A stretch of DNA of 64,000 nt from positions 6,073-70,072 of the forward strand of contig CAYYEH010000005.1 of the NCBI GenBank assembly GCA_964470815.1, read 5' to 3'. The notes below the pieces were generated by a model. It did no database searches. It was given only the letters and a program-made list of their open reading frames with translations, and was not told the origin of the DNA. Below are positions 54,090 through 64,000 of the stretch, in pieces. The stretch is from an uncultured Rikenella sp. (GTDB lineage: Bacteria > Bacteroidota > Bacteroidia > Bacteroidales > VadinHA17). How positions within the stretch are numbered: position 1 is the first letter of the stretch; each line of letters begins with the position of its first letter. A program made the position numbers and the translations under genes.

Positions 54090-55789
54090 CTTTTAATCTC
54101 CTCTTCCAGATATGACTTTGTTTCATCTGCTTCAAGGGCCCGATTCCAGTACAAAACCGCCTCATCGCATCTGCCAATGGCCTTCTTTATATACCCCATG
54201 TGCTCAAGCAGTTCAGGATCCTGTCCTTCACCATTCTCAAATATCCTCGACATAACACGGTGCGCTTCCCTGAACTTTCCAAGCCTGTAAAGCACCCATG
54301 CATAAGTATCTATGTACGTCGGATTGTCACCTTCAATAGCCATAACCCTCTCCGCCATTTTTAGCGCCTTCTTCAGGTCTGTATTTCCTTCCGCAAGAAA
54401 GTAGGCATAGTTGTTAAGCAGCAACGGGTCATCAGGCGTTATTGCAAGAGCTTCCTCATATATTGCATATGATCCGGAGAAATCCTTCATACGGTATTTC
54501 AGGTCACCCATCATAGAAAGAACCTGCACTTTCATCTGCTCATCATTTCCAGCCAGTATAAGTGCCTTTCGGAGTTCAGCATCAGCTACTTCATATTCTT
54601 TCAGCTCCATCGCGGCTATGGCATAATAAACCTTTCCCAGGATGCTCCTGTTGTTTTCCCTGGAATAAAGCGATGCCAGGTCATACATTTTCCGGTACTC
54701 CCTGGATTCAGCATAAAGTACCAGCAATCGCTCCTTAAACCAGAATCCCTGCTTTACTTCTTTTATTATTTCTTCATTTCTTCTGATTGCAAGCTCAGTC
54801 ATCCCTGCCCTTTCATAAACCCCTGGCCTTAGAGACATCACCTCCTCATCGCCAGGGTACTTATTTTCCAGTAGGAGAAGTGTTTCTGCCAGCGACCCTG
54901 CATTGCCCGCTATATATGCACTGTCACCGGCAAGCCTTTGTGAGATTGCTATCTTTCTTTCTCTATCAACTACATCACTTTCGAAAACCCTTTGAAGAAA
55001 AACAGATACTCCGGAATACTCCTGACGGTAAACAAGGCTCATCAGATACATAAGCTGGGTTTCAATATCATCAGGATTACTTTCAATTATCTTACGGTAT
55101 ATACTGTCACTTTTCTCCCTTTCTCCGTCTTCATAATATATATCTGCCAGCAGGGCGTTATACCTTGTTTCCTGAGGATACTGGTCAATAAGCCTTATGG
55201 TTCTTTCAGCTGCTTCTTTAAAATTGCCCTTGTTTATAATCCCATATATCATCATAAGTGACATATCAGGAGTGAGTGTTCCTTCACTGTCAAGTATCCG
55301 AAACAGTGAGTCGGCTTTTTCGGTTTCACCCTTTTCAGCAAAGAGACCAGCCAGGATCCCGTTTACTTCCACGGCCCGGTTGTCAGCCTTCAGTGCCCGT
55401 TGAAAATAGACAATGGCTGAATCTTTCAATTCATATTGGGTAAACAGGGATCCGCATGCCAGCTGAAACCAGTAGTTACCCGGCTCAAGCCTTGCGGCTG
55501 TTGTAGCGTACTTAAGCGATTTACCACTCATTCCGGCAGCTGAGTACATCTGTGCAAGCTCGAACCATGGCACAGCGTGGGTCTGGTCAAGCTCAATGCA
55601 CTTTTCGAACAGGGTTGCCGCCTCATTCAAATCGCCAACGTATTTCTGCCTCAGTGCCTCCGAAAGGATATAGTCATACCTGTTGTCTGTTCTCCTTTCG
55701 CTGCCTCTTTCAAACGCAGGTGAGATGATTTTCCTTGAGCATCCCGCCGCCACCAGCAGGAGCAAGAACAATATGATGCCTCTTTTCAT
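54077..55789 (-). CDS. Tetratricopeptide-repeat lipoprotein
   Basis: Lipobox VAAGCS and multiple TPR units across 570 aa. Confidence 0.8.
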   Translation of the reverse strand: MKRGIILFLLLLVAAGCSRKIISPAFERGSERRTDNRYDYILSEALRQKYVGDLNEAATLFEKCIELDQTHAVPWFELAQMYSAAGMSGKSLKYATTAARLEPGNYWFQLACGSLFTQYELKDSAIVYFQRALKADNRAVEVNGILAGLFAEKGETEKADSLFRILDSEGTLTPDMSLMMIYGIINKGNFKEAAERTIRLIDQYPQETRYNALLADIYYEDGEREKSDSIYRKIIESNPDDIETQLMYLMSLVYRQEYSGVSVFLQRVFESDVVDRERKIAISQRLAGDSAYIAGNAGSLAETLLLLENKYPGDEEVMSLRPGVYERAGMTELAIRRNEEIIKEVKQGFWFKERLLVLYAESREYRKMYDLASLYSRENNRSILGKVYYAIAAMELKEYEVADAELRKALILAGNDEQMKVQVLSMMGDLKYRMKDFSGSYAIYEEALAITPDDPLLLNNYAYFLAEGNTDLKKALKMAERVMAIEGDNPTYIDTYAWVLYRLGKFREAHRVMSRIFENGEGQDPELLEHMGYIKKAIGRCDEAVLYWNRALEADETKSYLEEEIKRCTK

Positions 55790-56220
55790 CTTCTCCCGGA
55801 ATGTCCGAATCCTCCTTCTCCCCTGACTGTGGAGTCAATCACCTCGGTATGTACAAGTTCTGCTTTTTCATGACGGGCTACAATCATCTGTGCTATCCGG
55901 TCCCCGTCATTGACGGTAAATTCTTTCTCCGACAGGTTTATAAGAATAACTCCTATTTCGCCCCTGTAGTCAGCATCTATTGTACCGGGAGAATTAAGGA
56001 CGGTGATTCCGTGTTTGAGTGAGAGGCCGCTTCTTGGCCTCACCTGGGCCTCGTATCCCTCCGGCAACTCAATATACAGTCCTGTAGGTATCAGCCTTCG
56101 CTCCATCGGCCTGAGGGTGACCGGCCCGCCGGTGAAGGCACGCAGGTCCATACCGGCCGAATGCGCAGTTTCATATGCGGGCAGCGGATGTGATGATTTG
56201 TTTACTATCCTGATTTTCAT
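55786..56220 (-). CDS. dut: dUTP diphosphatase
   Basis: [25 protein letters not shown], and [10 protein letters not shown]. Confidence 0.95.
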   Translation of the reverse strand: MKIRIVNKSSHPLPAYETAHSAGMDLRAFTGGPVTLRPMERRLIPTGLYIELPEGYEAQVRPRSGLSLKHGITVLNSPGTIDADYRGEIGVILINLSEKEFTVNDGDRIAQMIVARHEKAELVHTEVIDSTVRGEGGFGHSGRR

Positions 56221-57689
56221 TTCCTTCTTTTAAATAATAACGTAAAGAATTTATCCCTGATTTCAGCAACGGCAAAGAAAATCAAAAGCAACAAAGTGTC
56301 AAGGGCAGCATTGAGGATTTTGTTCTCTCCCGAGAGAAGTCCTGAGACAGGGAGCAATGAGATGGCAAGAACTATGTACATAAATATCTTTCCTGTTTCA
56401 TATTTTATCGGGTAATATTTTTGTCCCACAAAATATGAAACTATTACCATTGAAAGGTAGCAGGCGATGTGAGCCCAGGCTGCAGCAATATATCCAAACC
56501 GGGGCACGAAAACGATGTTTACCGCCAGGGTTACGATTACTCCCACAATAGTAATCCAGGCACCGTAAATTGTTTTGTCGTCAACCTTGTACCAGATGCT
56601 CTGGTTGATAAATATACCCAGAAGGAGATATCCCATGCTGACAATGGGCACCACCTTGAGCGATTCGCGAAAGTCCTCACCAATGAGTACCTGTATCGCC
56701 TCCGGATAGAGATTTATGCCAAGAAAGAGGATCAGCGCCGTTATCACAAAGTATTTCATTGTCACCGCATATGTCTCCCTGGCATCCCTGCTTCCGGCTT
56801 TTTCAAAGAAGAACGGTTCAGCCGCAAAGCGATACATTTGTATAAAAAGAGACATAAGCACACCAACCTTGTATCCTGCTCCATAAAGTCCGACTGTGGC
56901 AAGGCCTTCGGCACCGCCTATGAGCCTGCGAAGGAGAATTTTGTCAAGCACCTCGTTGAGTGAGCCGGCCATTCCTCCAATCAGAAGGGGCCAGCTGTAT
57001 GAAAGCATTTTGAGCAGAAGTTTCCTGTCAAAAACAGGTTTTATCCTGAAAATGAACGGAAGCAGGCAGACAAGGGTTACGGCTGATCCTGCCAGGTTTG
57101 CCACAAAGACATATCCCACCTGGAAATCCGGGTTCCAGATCCTGTAAATCCATGTGTCTCCTTTTTCCGCAAGGGCCGGTGCGGTTCTCAGAAAGAAAAA
57201 GGCTATTATGATGGTCACCAGCACATTTATTATTTTCAGTGCACTGAAGACCACAGGCCTGTTGTTGTTCCGCAGCCATGCAAAGGGGATTGCAGAGAAT
57301 GCGTCAATAGCAACTATCCAGGCAAACATTTTTATATATTCCGGGTGCTTTGCATAGCCCAGGAACCCTGAGACGGGATCAACGAACAGAGATATTGCAA
57401 ACAGGAACAGGGAAGATGTTGCTAACAGGCTTATCAGGGCTGTACCGTAAACTTCACCCGCGGGAGCTTTCTTTCCTGCAAACCTGAAATAGGTGGTCTC
57501 CATGCCATAGGTGAGAATGACCAGCGCCAGGACCATCCAGGCATATAGTTCTGTTACAACGCCGTACTGCTCCAGTCCAAGAATACGTGTATAAAAAGGG
57601 GTGAGGAGGGCGTAGTTCAGAAATCGCGGCACCACCGTTCCGAATCCGTAAATAACGGTCTGGCCCGCAAGTTTGCGTATATCGTTCAT
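56217..57689 (-). CDS. MOP-superfamily oligosaccharide/polysaccharide flippase
   Basis: 490 aa with ~14 TM helices and a Wzx/polysaccharide-biosynthesis-protein-like N-terminus. It has a 4-nt overlap with dut. Confidence 0.75.
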   Translation of the reverse strand: MNDIRKLAGQTVIYGFGTVVPRFLNYALLTPFYTRILGLEQYGVVTELYAWMVLALVILTYGMETTYFRFAGKKAPAGEVYGTALISLLATSSLFLFAISLFVDPVSGFLGYAKHPEYIKMFAWIVAIDAFSAIPFAWLRNNNRPVVFSALKIINVLVTIIIAFFFLRTAPALAEKGDTWIYRIWNPDFQVGYVFVANLAGSAVTLVCLLPFIFRIKPVFDRKLLLKMLSYSWPLLIGGMAGSLNEVLDKILLRRLIGGAEGLATVGLYGAGYKVGVLMSLFIQMYRFAAEPFFFEKAGSRDARETYAVTMKYFVITALILFLGINLYPEAIQVLIGEDFRESLKVVPIVSMGYLLLGIFINQSIWYKVDDKTIYGAWITIVGVIVTLAVNIVFVPRFGYIAAAWAHIACYLSMVIVSYFVGQKYYPIKYETGKIFMYIVLAISLLPVSGLLSGENKILNAALDTLLLLIFFAVAEIRDKFFTLLFKRRK

Positions 57690-57712
57690 GCTTAACTCTT
57701 ACTGCAAATATA

Positions 57713-57720
57713 TATCTTTG
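57713..57720 (+). promoter_or_regulatory. Bacteroidota -7 promoter box candidate
   Basis: TATCTTTG is an exact TAnnTTTG match, 22 nt upstream of the ATG at 57742. Confidence 0.3.
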
Positions 57721-57741
57721 TCATTCGTAAAATAAAAGAAA

Positions 57742-58539
57742 ATGAGGACTTCATTACGCTTCGTGCTGTCACTGGCTGCCGTACTGGTTATTGCCGGCTG
57801 TTCAACCAACGGTAAAAAAGGGATACGTGCCGAGATAAAGACAACCGAAGGAGATATTCTGATATCTCTTTCCGACCTCACTCCGCTTCACCGCGACAAT
57901 TTTATCAAACTGGCTGAGAGTGGTTTTTATGACGGTGTAACATTTCACCGTGTCATCAGGGATTTCATGATACAGACAGGTGACGGATCGACGCGCCAGG
58001 ATTCATCGTTGATAAGTGATGATTACACCATCCCTGCAGAGATCAATGATTCTCTCTTCCACAGGAGGGGGGCTGTAGCTGCAGCCCGTATGGGTGATGA
58101 CGTGAACCCTGAAAGAAACTCATCAGGTACACAGTTTTACATTGTACAGGGCAAGGTTTACAACGATGAAGACCTGGCAGCAACCATACAGAGGATAGAG
58201 TATAACCGCAGGCAGTTTCTCTACAACAAATCGCTGATTGACCTGCGAAGGGAAGCTCAGCAAAGCGGTGCTGCCACCACGGAGGATGAGATTCAGCAGA
58301 ATGCAATAATAAAGGCGTATGAAGCCATGGAAGAGGCCGGACCATATGTTATGCCGGAGAATCGCAGGAATGCATATAAAACAGAAGGAGGCACCCCCTT
58401 CCTTGACGGCGCCTATACAGTCTTCGGAGAGGTCCTCGAGGGTATGGAGGTGGTTGACGCCATTGCTTCTACTGCTACGGATATGACCGACAGGCCGTTA
58501 CAGGATATCAGGATCCTGAAGGTAAAAATCGTTAAATAA
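57742..58539 (+). CDS. Cyclophilin-type peptidyl-prolyl isomerase lipoprotein
   Basis: Lipobox LVIAGCS, FHRVIRDFMIQTGD, and GTQFYIV. The cyclophilin fold carries a ~70-aa insertion. Confidence 0.85.
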   Translation: MRTSLRFVLSLAAVLVIAGCSTNGKKGIRAEIKTTEGDILISLSDLTPLHRDNFIKLAESGFYDGVTFHRVIRDFMIQTGDGSTRQDSSLISDDYTIPAEINDSLFHRRGAVAAARMGDDVNPERNSSGTQFYIVQGKVYNDEDLAATIQRIEYNRRQFLYNKSLIDLRREAQQSGAATTEDEIQQNAIIKAYEAMEEAGPYVMPENRRNAYKTEGGTPFLDGAYTVFGEVLEGMEVVDAIASTATDMTDRPLQDIRILKVKIVK

Positions 58540-58553
58540 CCCGTTTTTTCAAT

Positions 58554-59597
58554 ATGAAGGAGAGGATTGCAGAGTTAAGGAGGGAGGCAGAGGAGTACCA
58601 TATCGGGGATGAAGCTGCACTGGAGCAGTTCAGGATTGCGTTCCTGAGCAAGAAGGGACAGATCTCTTTGCTGTTTGAGGATTTCAGGACCGTACCTTCA
58701 GAGGCAAAGAGGGAAACCGGCCAGCTTCTGAATGAACTTAAGCAACATGCCACAGACAAATACAATGAGTACAGGGAGCGCCTGTCAATGGCTGAGACCA
58801 TTCAATCTGCAGTTGACCTCAGCATGCCGGCATTTCCGTTTGGCGAAGGGACCCGTCATCCGATTTCCATCGTGCGCAATGAGATAATCGACATCTTCAG
58901 CCGCATCGGCTTTACAGTATCCGAGGGTCCGGAAATAGAGGATGACAATCATGTCTTCACGATGCTCAACTTTGCCAGTGACCATCCGGCGCGTGATATG
59001 CAGGATACCTTTTACATAGAAAAGAAATCCGGCACAGAGTCAGATCCGCATGATGTGCTTCTGCGCACCCACACCTCATCGGTACAGGTAAGGGTCATGG
59101 AAAACCAGGCCCCCCCCATCCGTACGATTTCCCCGGGGCGTGTTTTCCGCAATGAGGCCGTCTCGGCCCGCGCCCATTGCATCTTTCACCAGATTGAGGG
59201 ATTATATGTGGCAGAGAATGTATCATTTGCTGACCTTAAGCAAACACTGCTCTATTTTGCCACCGAGCTGTTCGGGGAGGGTGTGCAGATCAGGCTCAGA
59301 CCATCATTCTTCCCCTTCACCGAGCCTTCGGCTGAGATGGATATCAGCTGCAATATTTGTAGTGGAAAGGGATGTAATGTCTGCAAGGGGACCGGTTGGC
59401 TGGAGCTGCTTGGCTGCGGCATGGTTGATCCGAGTGTGCTGGAAGCCTGCGGCATTGATTCCGTGAAATATACAGCCTATGCCTTCGGCATGGGAATCGA
59501 AAGGGCCACAATGCTCAAATACGGCGTAAATGACCTGAGGCTCTATTTTGAAAATGATATACGGTTCCTGAATCAGTTCAGAACCGAAATTTTATGA
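58554..59597 (+). CDS. pheS: Phenylalanine--tRNA ligase alpha subunit
   Basis: HPARDMQDTFY, FRNEAVSARAH, and FPFTEPSAEMD. Confidence 0.95.
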   Translation: MKERIAELRREAEEYHIGDEAALEQFRIAFLSKKGQISLLFEDFRTVPSEAKRETGQLLNELKQHATDKYNEYRERLSMAETIQSAVDLSMPAFPFGEGTRHPISIVRNEIIDIFSRIGFTVSEGPEIEDDNHVFTMLNFASDHPARDMQDTFYIEKKSGTESDPHDVLLRTHTSSVQVRVMENQAPPIRTISPGRVFRNEAVSARAHCIFHQIEGLYVAENVSFADLKQTLLYFATELFGEGVQIRLRPSFFPFTEPSAEMDISCNICSGKGCNVCKGTGWLELLGCGMVDPSVLEACGIDSVKYTAYAFGMGIERATMLKYGVNDLRLYFENDIRFLNQFRTEIL

Positions 59598-59643
59598 AAT
59601 TCAGGAATTAATAGCCACCTTTGTCATCCTAATTGCCAGAAAA

Positions 59644-60345
59644 ATGAAACAGCATGACTATACCATAGCATTCTGTGACAAATGCGCATTTGAAACCAGT
59701 TCAGTTTTTCGCTTCCTTACAAGGGATGAAACCGACAGGCTCAATTTCGAGAAGGATTTCAGGCGCTACAGGAGAGGTGATATACTCTACCACGAGGGTA
59801 ATCGCATAAGTGGTTTCTATTGTATCAATTCAGGCATAATCAAGGTCTTCAAAACCGGGGTTGACGGCAAGGAACAGATAATACGATTTGCAAGAAAGGG
59901 TGAAATAATTGCTTACAGGTCAGTGCTGAGCAATGAGCCGGCATGCACATCAGCCAAGGTGATAGAGGACTGCCAGGTGTGTTTCATACCCTCGGAGCTC
60001 CTTATCCAGTTTGTCAAGACCAATCCCGCATTTGCCTTTGAAGTGGTTAAACTGACGTGCCATGAGCTCGCAGAGGCAAACTCATATATTACTGATATAG
60101 CACAGAAGACGGTAAGGGAAAGGGTTGCCGAAGTGTTGCTGAGCCTGGTCAAGGACTTTGGTCTTGATGATCAGAAGTACCTTCGTATCTCGCTTACGCG
60201 TGAAGAGCTTGCAAACATTGTGGGTACCGCCACGGAATCAGTAATCCGTCTTCTTTCCGAATTCAAGAGTGACCGGCTTATTGAACTTAACGGGCGCAAG
60301 ATCAAGATTATAGATCAGAAAGGTCTTGAAAAGATAAGCTCCTGA
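59644..60345 (+). CDS. Crp/Fnr family transcriptional regulator
   Basis: cNMP-binding-like domain plus the HTH REELANIVGTATESVIRLLSEFKSD. The N-terminus has C11-x2-C14. Confidence 0.85.
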   Translation: MKQHDYTIAFCDKCAFETSSVFRFLTRDETDRLNFEKDFRRYRRGDILYHEGNRISGFYCINSGIIKVFKTGVDGKEQIIRFARKGEIIAYRSVLSNEPACTSAKVIEDCQVCFIPSELLIQFVKTNPAFAFEVVKLTCHELAEANSYITDIAQKTVRERVAEVLLSLVKDFGLDDQKYLRISLTREELANIVGTATESVIRLLSEFKSDRLIELNGRKIKIIDQKGLEKISS

Positions 60346-60420
60346 CCCGGATCTTTCCTCATGGCAGTTTTACTAATGATCGTTGCAGTGGGATTTCTCC
60401 TGAAGAGCGATATTATCTGA

Positions 60421-61467
60421 TCAGAAGAGGGTTTCTTCACGTCCTCTCACTATTCCGAGATGGCGGTATGCCAGTTCAGTAGCCTCCCGGCCCCGGGGTG
60501 TCCGTTTAATATACCCCTCCTTGATGAGAAAAGGCTCATAGACCTCTTCAATAGTACCGCTCTCTTCTCCCACCGCTGTGGCAACATTGGTCAGCCCAAC
60601 CGGTCCGCCCCTGAATTTTTCAATTATGGTTCGAAGGATCCTGTTGTCCATCTCATCAAGGCCGTGTTTATCAATGTTCAGCGCTTCCAGGGCATACCGG
60701 GTTATCTCCAGGTCAATGGCACCACTGCCCTTCACCTGTGCAAAGTCCCTCACCCTTCTCAGCAGGGCGTTTGCTATCCTTGGTGTGCCCCTGCTGCGCG
60801 ATGCTATTTCGGCTGCGGCATTCTCATTAATGGACACACTCATAATTGAAGCCGATCTTTTTACGATTCCTCTGAGAACAGGGGTATCATAATACTCAAG
60901 ATGAAATTTTATGCCAAAGCGTGCCCGCAGGGGGCTTGTCAGGAGGCCGGAGCGGGTTGTGGCACCGATGAGCGTAAAGGGATTCAGTTTAATCTGCACC
61001 GAGCGGGCTCCGGGGCCCTTGTCAATCATTATGTCTATCTGGTAATCCTCCATGGCCGAATAGAGATACTCCTCCACCACTGGATGGAGTCGGTGAATCT
61101 CATCAATGAACAGCACATCGCCCTCATCAAGACTTGTAAGTAATCCTGCCAGGTCACCGGGCTTGTCAAGCACCGGCCCGGAAGTTATCCTGAGTTTAAC
61201 CTTCAGCTCGTTTGAAATAATTGCAGCAAGTGTTGTCTTTCCCAGCCCGGGAGGTCCGTGAAGAAGCACATGGTCAAGAGCTTCTCCGCGCTGCAGTGCT
61301 GCAGTCACAAAGACGCTCAGGTTATCGGTTATCCGCTGCTGCCCCTTGAAATCGGCAAACGACAACGGCCTCAGCTGTTTCTCAAGTTCCGCATCTCCTG
61401 CCAGGGTAATCTCTTTTCTCAGGTTGAACTGTTCGTCCATCAGTGATCTATTTGATACGCCTGACAC
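60421..61467 (-). CDS. ruvB: Holliday junction branch migration helicase RuvB
   Basis: [20 protein letters not shown], and the [13 protein letters not shown] sensor. An alternative ATG at 61440 would remove the overlap with the upstream gene. Confidence 0.95.
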   Translation of the reverse strand: MSGVSNRSLMDEQFNLRKEITLAGDAELEKQLRPLSFADFKGQQRITDNLSVFVTAALQRGEALDHVLLHGPPGLGKTTLAAIISNELKVKLRITSGPVLDKPGDLAGLLTSLDEGDVLFIDEIHRLHPVVEEYLYSAMEDYQIDIMIDKGPGARSVQIKLNPFTLIGATTRSGLLTSPLRARFGIKFHLEYYDTPVLRGIVKRSASIMSVSINENAAAEIASRSRGTPRIANALLRRVRDFAQVKGSGAIDLEITRYALEALNIDKHGLDEMDNRILRTIIEKFRGGPVGLTNVATAVGEESGTIEEVYEPFLIKEGYIKRTPRGREATELAYRHLGIVRGREETLF

Positions 61468-62998
61468 TGCTTTCCGGCAGGTTTACCGGCACGCCATTGA
61501 TGCTTGTCTCAATATCATCACGGTAAGTAATGGTGAGGATGACTTCGCCAAGTTCATCGTATTTTTTCCAGGTCCTGGTTCGTAATCCATTCCTGTAATA
61601 CCGGTCCTCCTTCATCCTGCCGTTTTCGTAATAAAGGATATGACGGCCGTCAGGGTTACCCTGCCTGTATTGGCCCTTAAATCTCAGTTTCCCGTCAGGA
61701 TAATAGGATTTCCATTCTCCGTTCATCAAGCCGAGGAGATATTCTCCCTCTTCGGTATTGTCACCTGTGGTAACTTTCCAGGCCCCGTTCCTTTCACCAT
61801 CGGCGAAGGTACCGCTGGCAATAATTTCACCGGTCCGTGTATATTCAGTATAGCTGCCGTCTCTTCTTCCCTGGAAATAATCCTCTTCGCGGAGCAACTC
61901 TCCGCCTGGATAATACCACCTCCATGTTCCGTCTATACGGCCGTTGCTGAATGAGCCGGCCTGTTCAAGCCTTCCCTGACTGTTGTAGAATTTCCAGGCT
62001 CCGGTTCTCCTGTTTGCCGTATAGTTACCTTCGGCTGTCACTTTCCCGTCTGCGGAATAATCCTTCCATGGGCCTGAGCGGTTTCCTTCGGCATCAACGA
62101 TGCCTTCTGAAATCAATACGCCGTTGTCATTATAAATTTTTGCATTACTGATAGTTCCGTCAGGATTGTATTCACGGTGAATCCCAACCGGAATTCCTTC
62201 CTTGTAAGGACCTGAGTAAATCAGCCGGCCTGATTCATCATAACGGTTTCTTATGTCGATCTCGGCGCTGTTGTCAGCTTCAGTGCCGGTTATTTTTCCC
62301 GTGTCATACAGGACCGTCACCAGGAGCCGTCCCCTTTCGTCATATTCCTTATAATAGCCATGAAGCATGTCATCACGAAAGTTGCGCTCTGTTTTTATGC
62401 TTCCGTCAGGATAAAACTCGAGCCACTCGCCCTGCTTCATTCCTTTTGCATCCGTCTGGTTTATCCTTTCGCGGCTTATCAGGAAATCATTGTTGTACTC
62501 CAGAAGGGTGATGATTTTTCCTTCACGGTCATATTCACGTGAAAGCCCTTCTTTCTTTCCGTCAGAGTAGGGAATTGTTTGTTTGACCTTTCCATCAGGA
62601 TAAAAAATACGGGCCACACCCTCTTTTTTGTCTCCGGCATAAAGCTCAGCCGAATAGACATAGAGACCGGCTACCAGATCTTTCTGATATTTGATTGAAT
62701 AACCATTTCTCTTGCCAAGCAGGTAGCTTATCTTTTCTGTGGTGTCTCCGGCCTGGTCATAAAAAACCCAGATGCTGTCGAGAAGAAAGCTGGTTCTTTT
62801 TCCTTCTGATTTGAGGACTCCCGTCACATAATAGCTTTTCCAGTATCCGTCAGGTTTTCCGTTTCTTATATATCCTTCACTGGATATATTTCCGTTAGGA
62901 TACCTGAATTGCTGAAAACCATCCTGCAGCTGAGCATTCTGCTGTGCAGACAAGAAGACAGGAAAAAATAGCAGCAACGTCAGCAAAAACCTTTTCAT
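61448..62998 (-). CDS. Secreted MORN-variant (YwqK-type) repeat protein
   Basis: Signal peptide [20 protein letters not shown] starts at the ATG at 62998. More than 15 repeats of the G.W..YY.(D/N)G.(L/I)..EG.Y..G..(D/H)G type follow. Confidence 0.7.
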   Translation of the reverse strand: MKRFLLTLLLFFPVFLSAQQNAQLQDGFQQFRYPNGNISSEGYIRNGKPDGYWKSYYVTGVLKSEGKRTSFLLDSIWVFYDQAGDTTEKISYLLGKRNGYSIKYQKDLVAGLYVYSAELYAGDKKEGVARIFYPDGKVKQTIPYSDGKKEGLSREYDREGKIITLLEYNNDFLISRERINQTDAKGMKQGEWLEFYPDGSIKTERNFRDDMLHGYYKEYDERGRLLVTVLYDTGKITGTEADNSAEIDIRNRYDESGRLIYSGPYKEGIPVGIHREYNPDGTISNAKIYNDNGVLISEGIVDAEGNRSGPWKDYSADGKVTAEGNYTANRRTGAWKFYNSQGRLEQAGSFSNGRIDGTWRWYYPGGELLREEDYFQGRRDGSYTEYTRTGEIIASGTFADGERNGAWKVTTGDNTEEGEYLLGLMNGEWKSYYPDGKLRFKGQYRQGNPDGRHILYYENGRMKEDRYYRNGLRTRTWKKYDELGEVILTITYRDDIETSINGVPVNLPESSVRRIK

Positions 62999-62999
62999 T

Positions 63000-63947
63000 T
63001 TACAATCCCAGTTTGGCCGAAATTTCAAGCATTCTTTTAATTGGTACTGCTGCGCGATCTATTATCGCAGGATCAACAGTAACTTCCGGCTCTTCAAATT
63101 TAAGTGATTTATATATCTTTTCAAGTGTTATAAGCTTCATGAAGTTGCATTCGCTGCATCCGCAGGTAGAATCTTTCGGAGGAGCCGGGATGAATTTCTT
63201 GCCTGGTTCGGCTTTTTTCATCTGGTACAGGATGCCCGGTTCAGTTGCTACTATGAATATCTCGCCAGGATCCCTGCTGACAAATGATAGCAGTCCTGAT
63301 GTTGAACCGATGTAATCAGCAACCAGCCTGACCGGTTTTTCACACTCCGGGTGTGCAATGATCTTCGCTCCCCTGTTTTCCTCTTTTAGCTTAAGTATCG
63401 CTTCCAGAGAGAACTGTTCATGAACGTGGCATGCGCCGTCCCAAACAAGAATATCCCTTCCCGTGAGGCTTTTTATGTAATTTCCGAGGTTTCTGTCGGG
63501 GCCGAAAATTATCTTTTCCTTTTCCGGCAGTGATTCAATAATCTGTCTTGCGTTTGATGAAGTGCAGGCAATATCACTCAGAGCCTTTATATCAGCCGTC
63601 GTGTTCACATAAGTAATAACTGTTCTGCCAGGATTATCAAGAATGAACTTTTCAAAATCCTCCTTTTTACAGGAATCTGCCAGTGAGCATCCTGCCATAA
63701 GATCAGGAATTATTACCTTCTTTGCCGGGGATAGTATTTTTGCAGTCTCAGCCATGAATTTCACTCCGGCAAATACAATAATGTCAGCTGTGGTCTCCGC
63801 AGCCTTTTGTGAAAGCGCCAGGCTGTCGCCTATAAAGTCTGCTATATCCTGTATATCCGATGTCTGATAATAATGAGCAAGGATAACGGCATTCTTTTCC
63901 TTTTTCAGCGTTTCGATTTCCTTTATTATCCCGTTATTAACAACCAT
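63000..63947 (-). CDS. nadA: Quinolinate synthase
   Basis: AHYYQTSDIQDIADFIGDSL, VFAGVKFMAETAK, and AHPEC, at 315 aa. Confidence 0.9.
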   Translation of the reverse strand: MVVNNGIIKEIETLKKEKNAVILAHYYQTSDIQDIADFIGDSLALSQKAAETTADIIVFAGVKFMAETAKILSPAKKVIIPDLMAGCSLADSCKKEDFEKFILDNPGRTVITYVNTTADIKALSDIACTSSNARQIIESLPEKEKIIFGPDRNLGNYIKSLTGRDILVWDGACHVHEQFSLEAILKLKEENRGAKIIAHPECEKPVRLVADYIGSTSGLLSFVSRDPGEIFIVATEPGILYQMKKAEPGKKFIPAPPKDSTCGCSECNFMKLITLEKIYKSLKFEEPEVTVDPAIIDRAAVPIKRMLEISAKLGL

Positions 63948-64000
63948 AATTAATTTCTCCTGATTTTAAAATTTTCTTTATGATGGTTATTATATCCTGT

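Noticed and set aside
63935-64000. Possible 3' end of another minus-strand gene overlapping the nadA start (frame ...IIKKILKSGEINYGC*).
   Set aside because: Only about 20 codons are visible and no motif is recognisable, so it cannot be supported from this window.

Overview
This is a 64-kb chromosomal segment with a Bacteroidota-type layout. That assignment is an inference from the neighbourhoods dut-TPR-DUF4292-M23 and DUF4271-hemD, an M56/TonB fusion protein, and exact TAnnTTTG promoter boxes. I call 57 protein-coding genes at about 90% coding density, nearly all housekeeping (polA, uvrC, ruvB, pheS, mnmG, ybeY, dut, rsgA, nadA, rnpA, lspA, dtd, deoC, queD, moaDE and others). I recognised no rRNA, tRNA, CRISPR array, transposase, integrase or phage gene. 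There is no obvious defence island, so the novel signals are at motif and domain scale. (1) Three 16-bp parS (ParB-binding centromere) sites lie at 45540, 49376 and 53404 and bracket mnmG. Together with rnpA in the window, this suggests an origin-proximal partition locus. (2) Between two of these parS sites, in the largest intergenic gap, sits an unexplained ~180-bp array of six degenerate direct repeats with a strict 30-bp phase (47525-47701). (3) A same-strand cluster encodes a Cys-rich Crp/Fnr regulator, a secreted M14 carboxypeptidase, a Tat-signal TldD and a signal-less PmbA. This looks like an exported TldD/PmbA peptide-processing module. (4) A 938-aa hybrid histidine kinase has Phe in place of the phospho-accepting His and degenerate ATP-binding boxes, but keeps a canonical C-terminal receiver. 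(5) A signal-less GH16-fold protein has lost both catalytic Glu residues and carries N-terminal ~56-aa repeats. Smaller items are a BlaI/BlaR1-TonB module with candidate operators, an ECF sigma/anti-sigma/OMP module with an ECF-type promoter, a U32 protein with a 4-Cys motif next to selU, and an orphan RsbW-like ATPase. All coordinates were read by hand and anchored on the ORF-track boundaries. No database search was possible.
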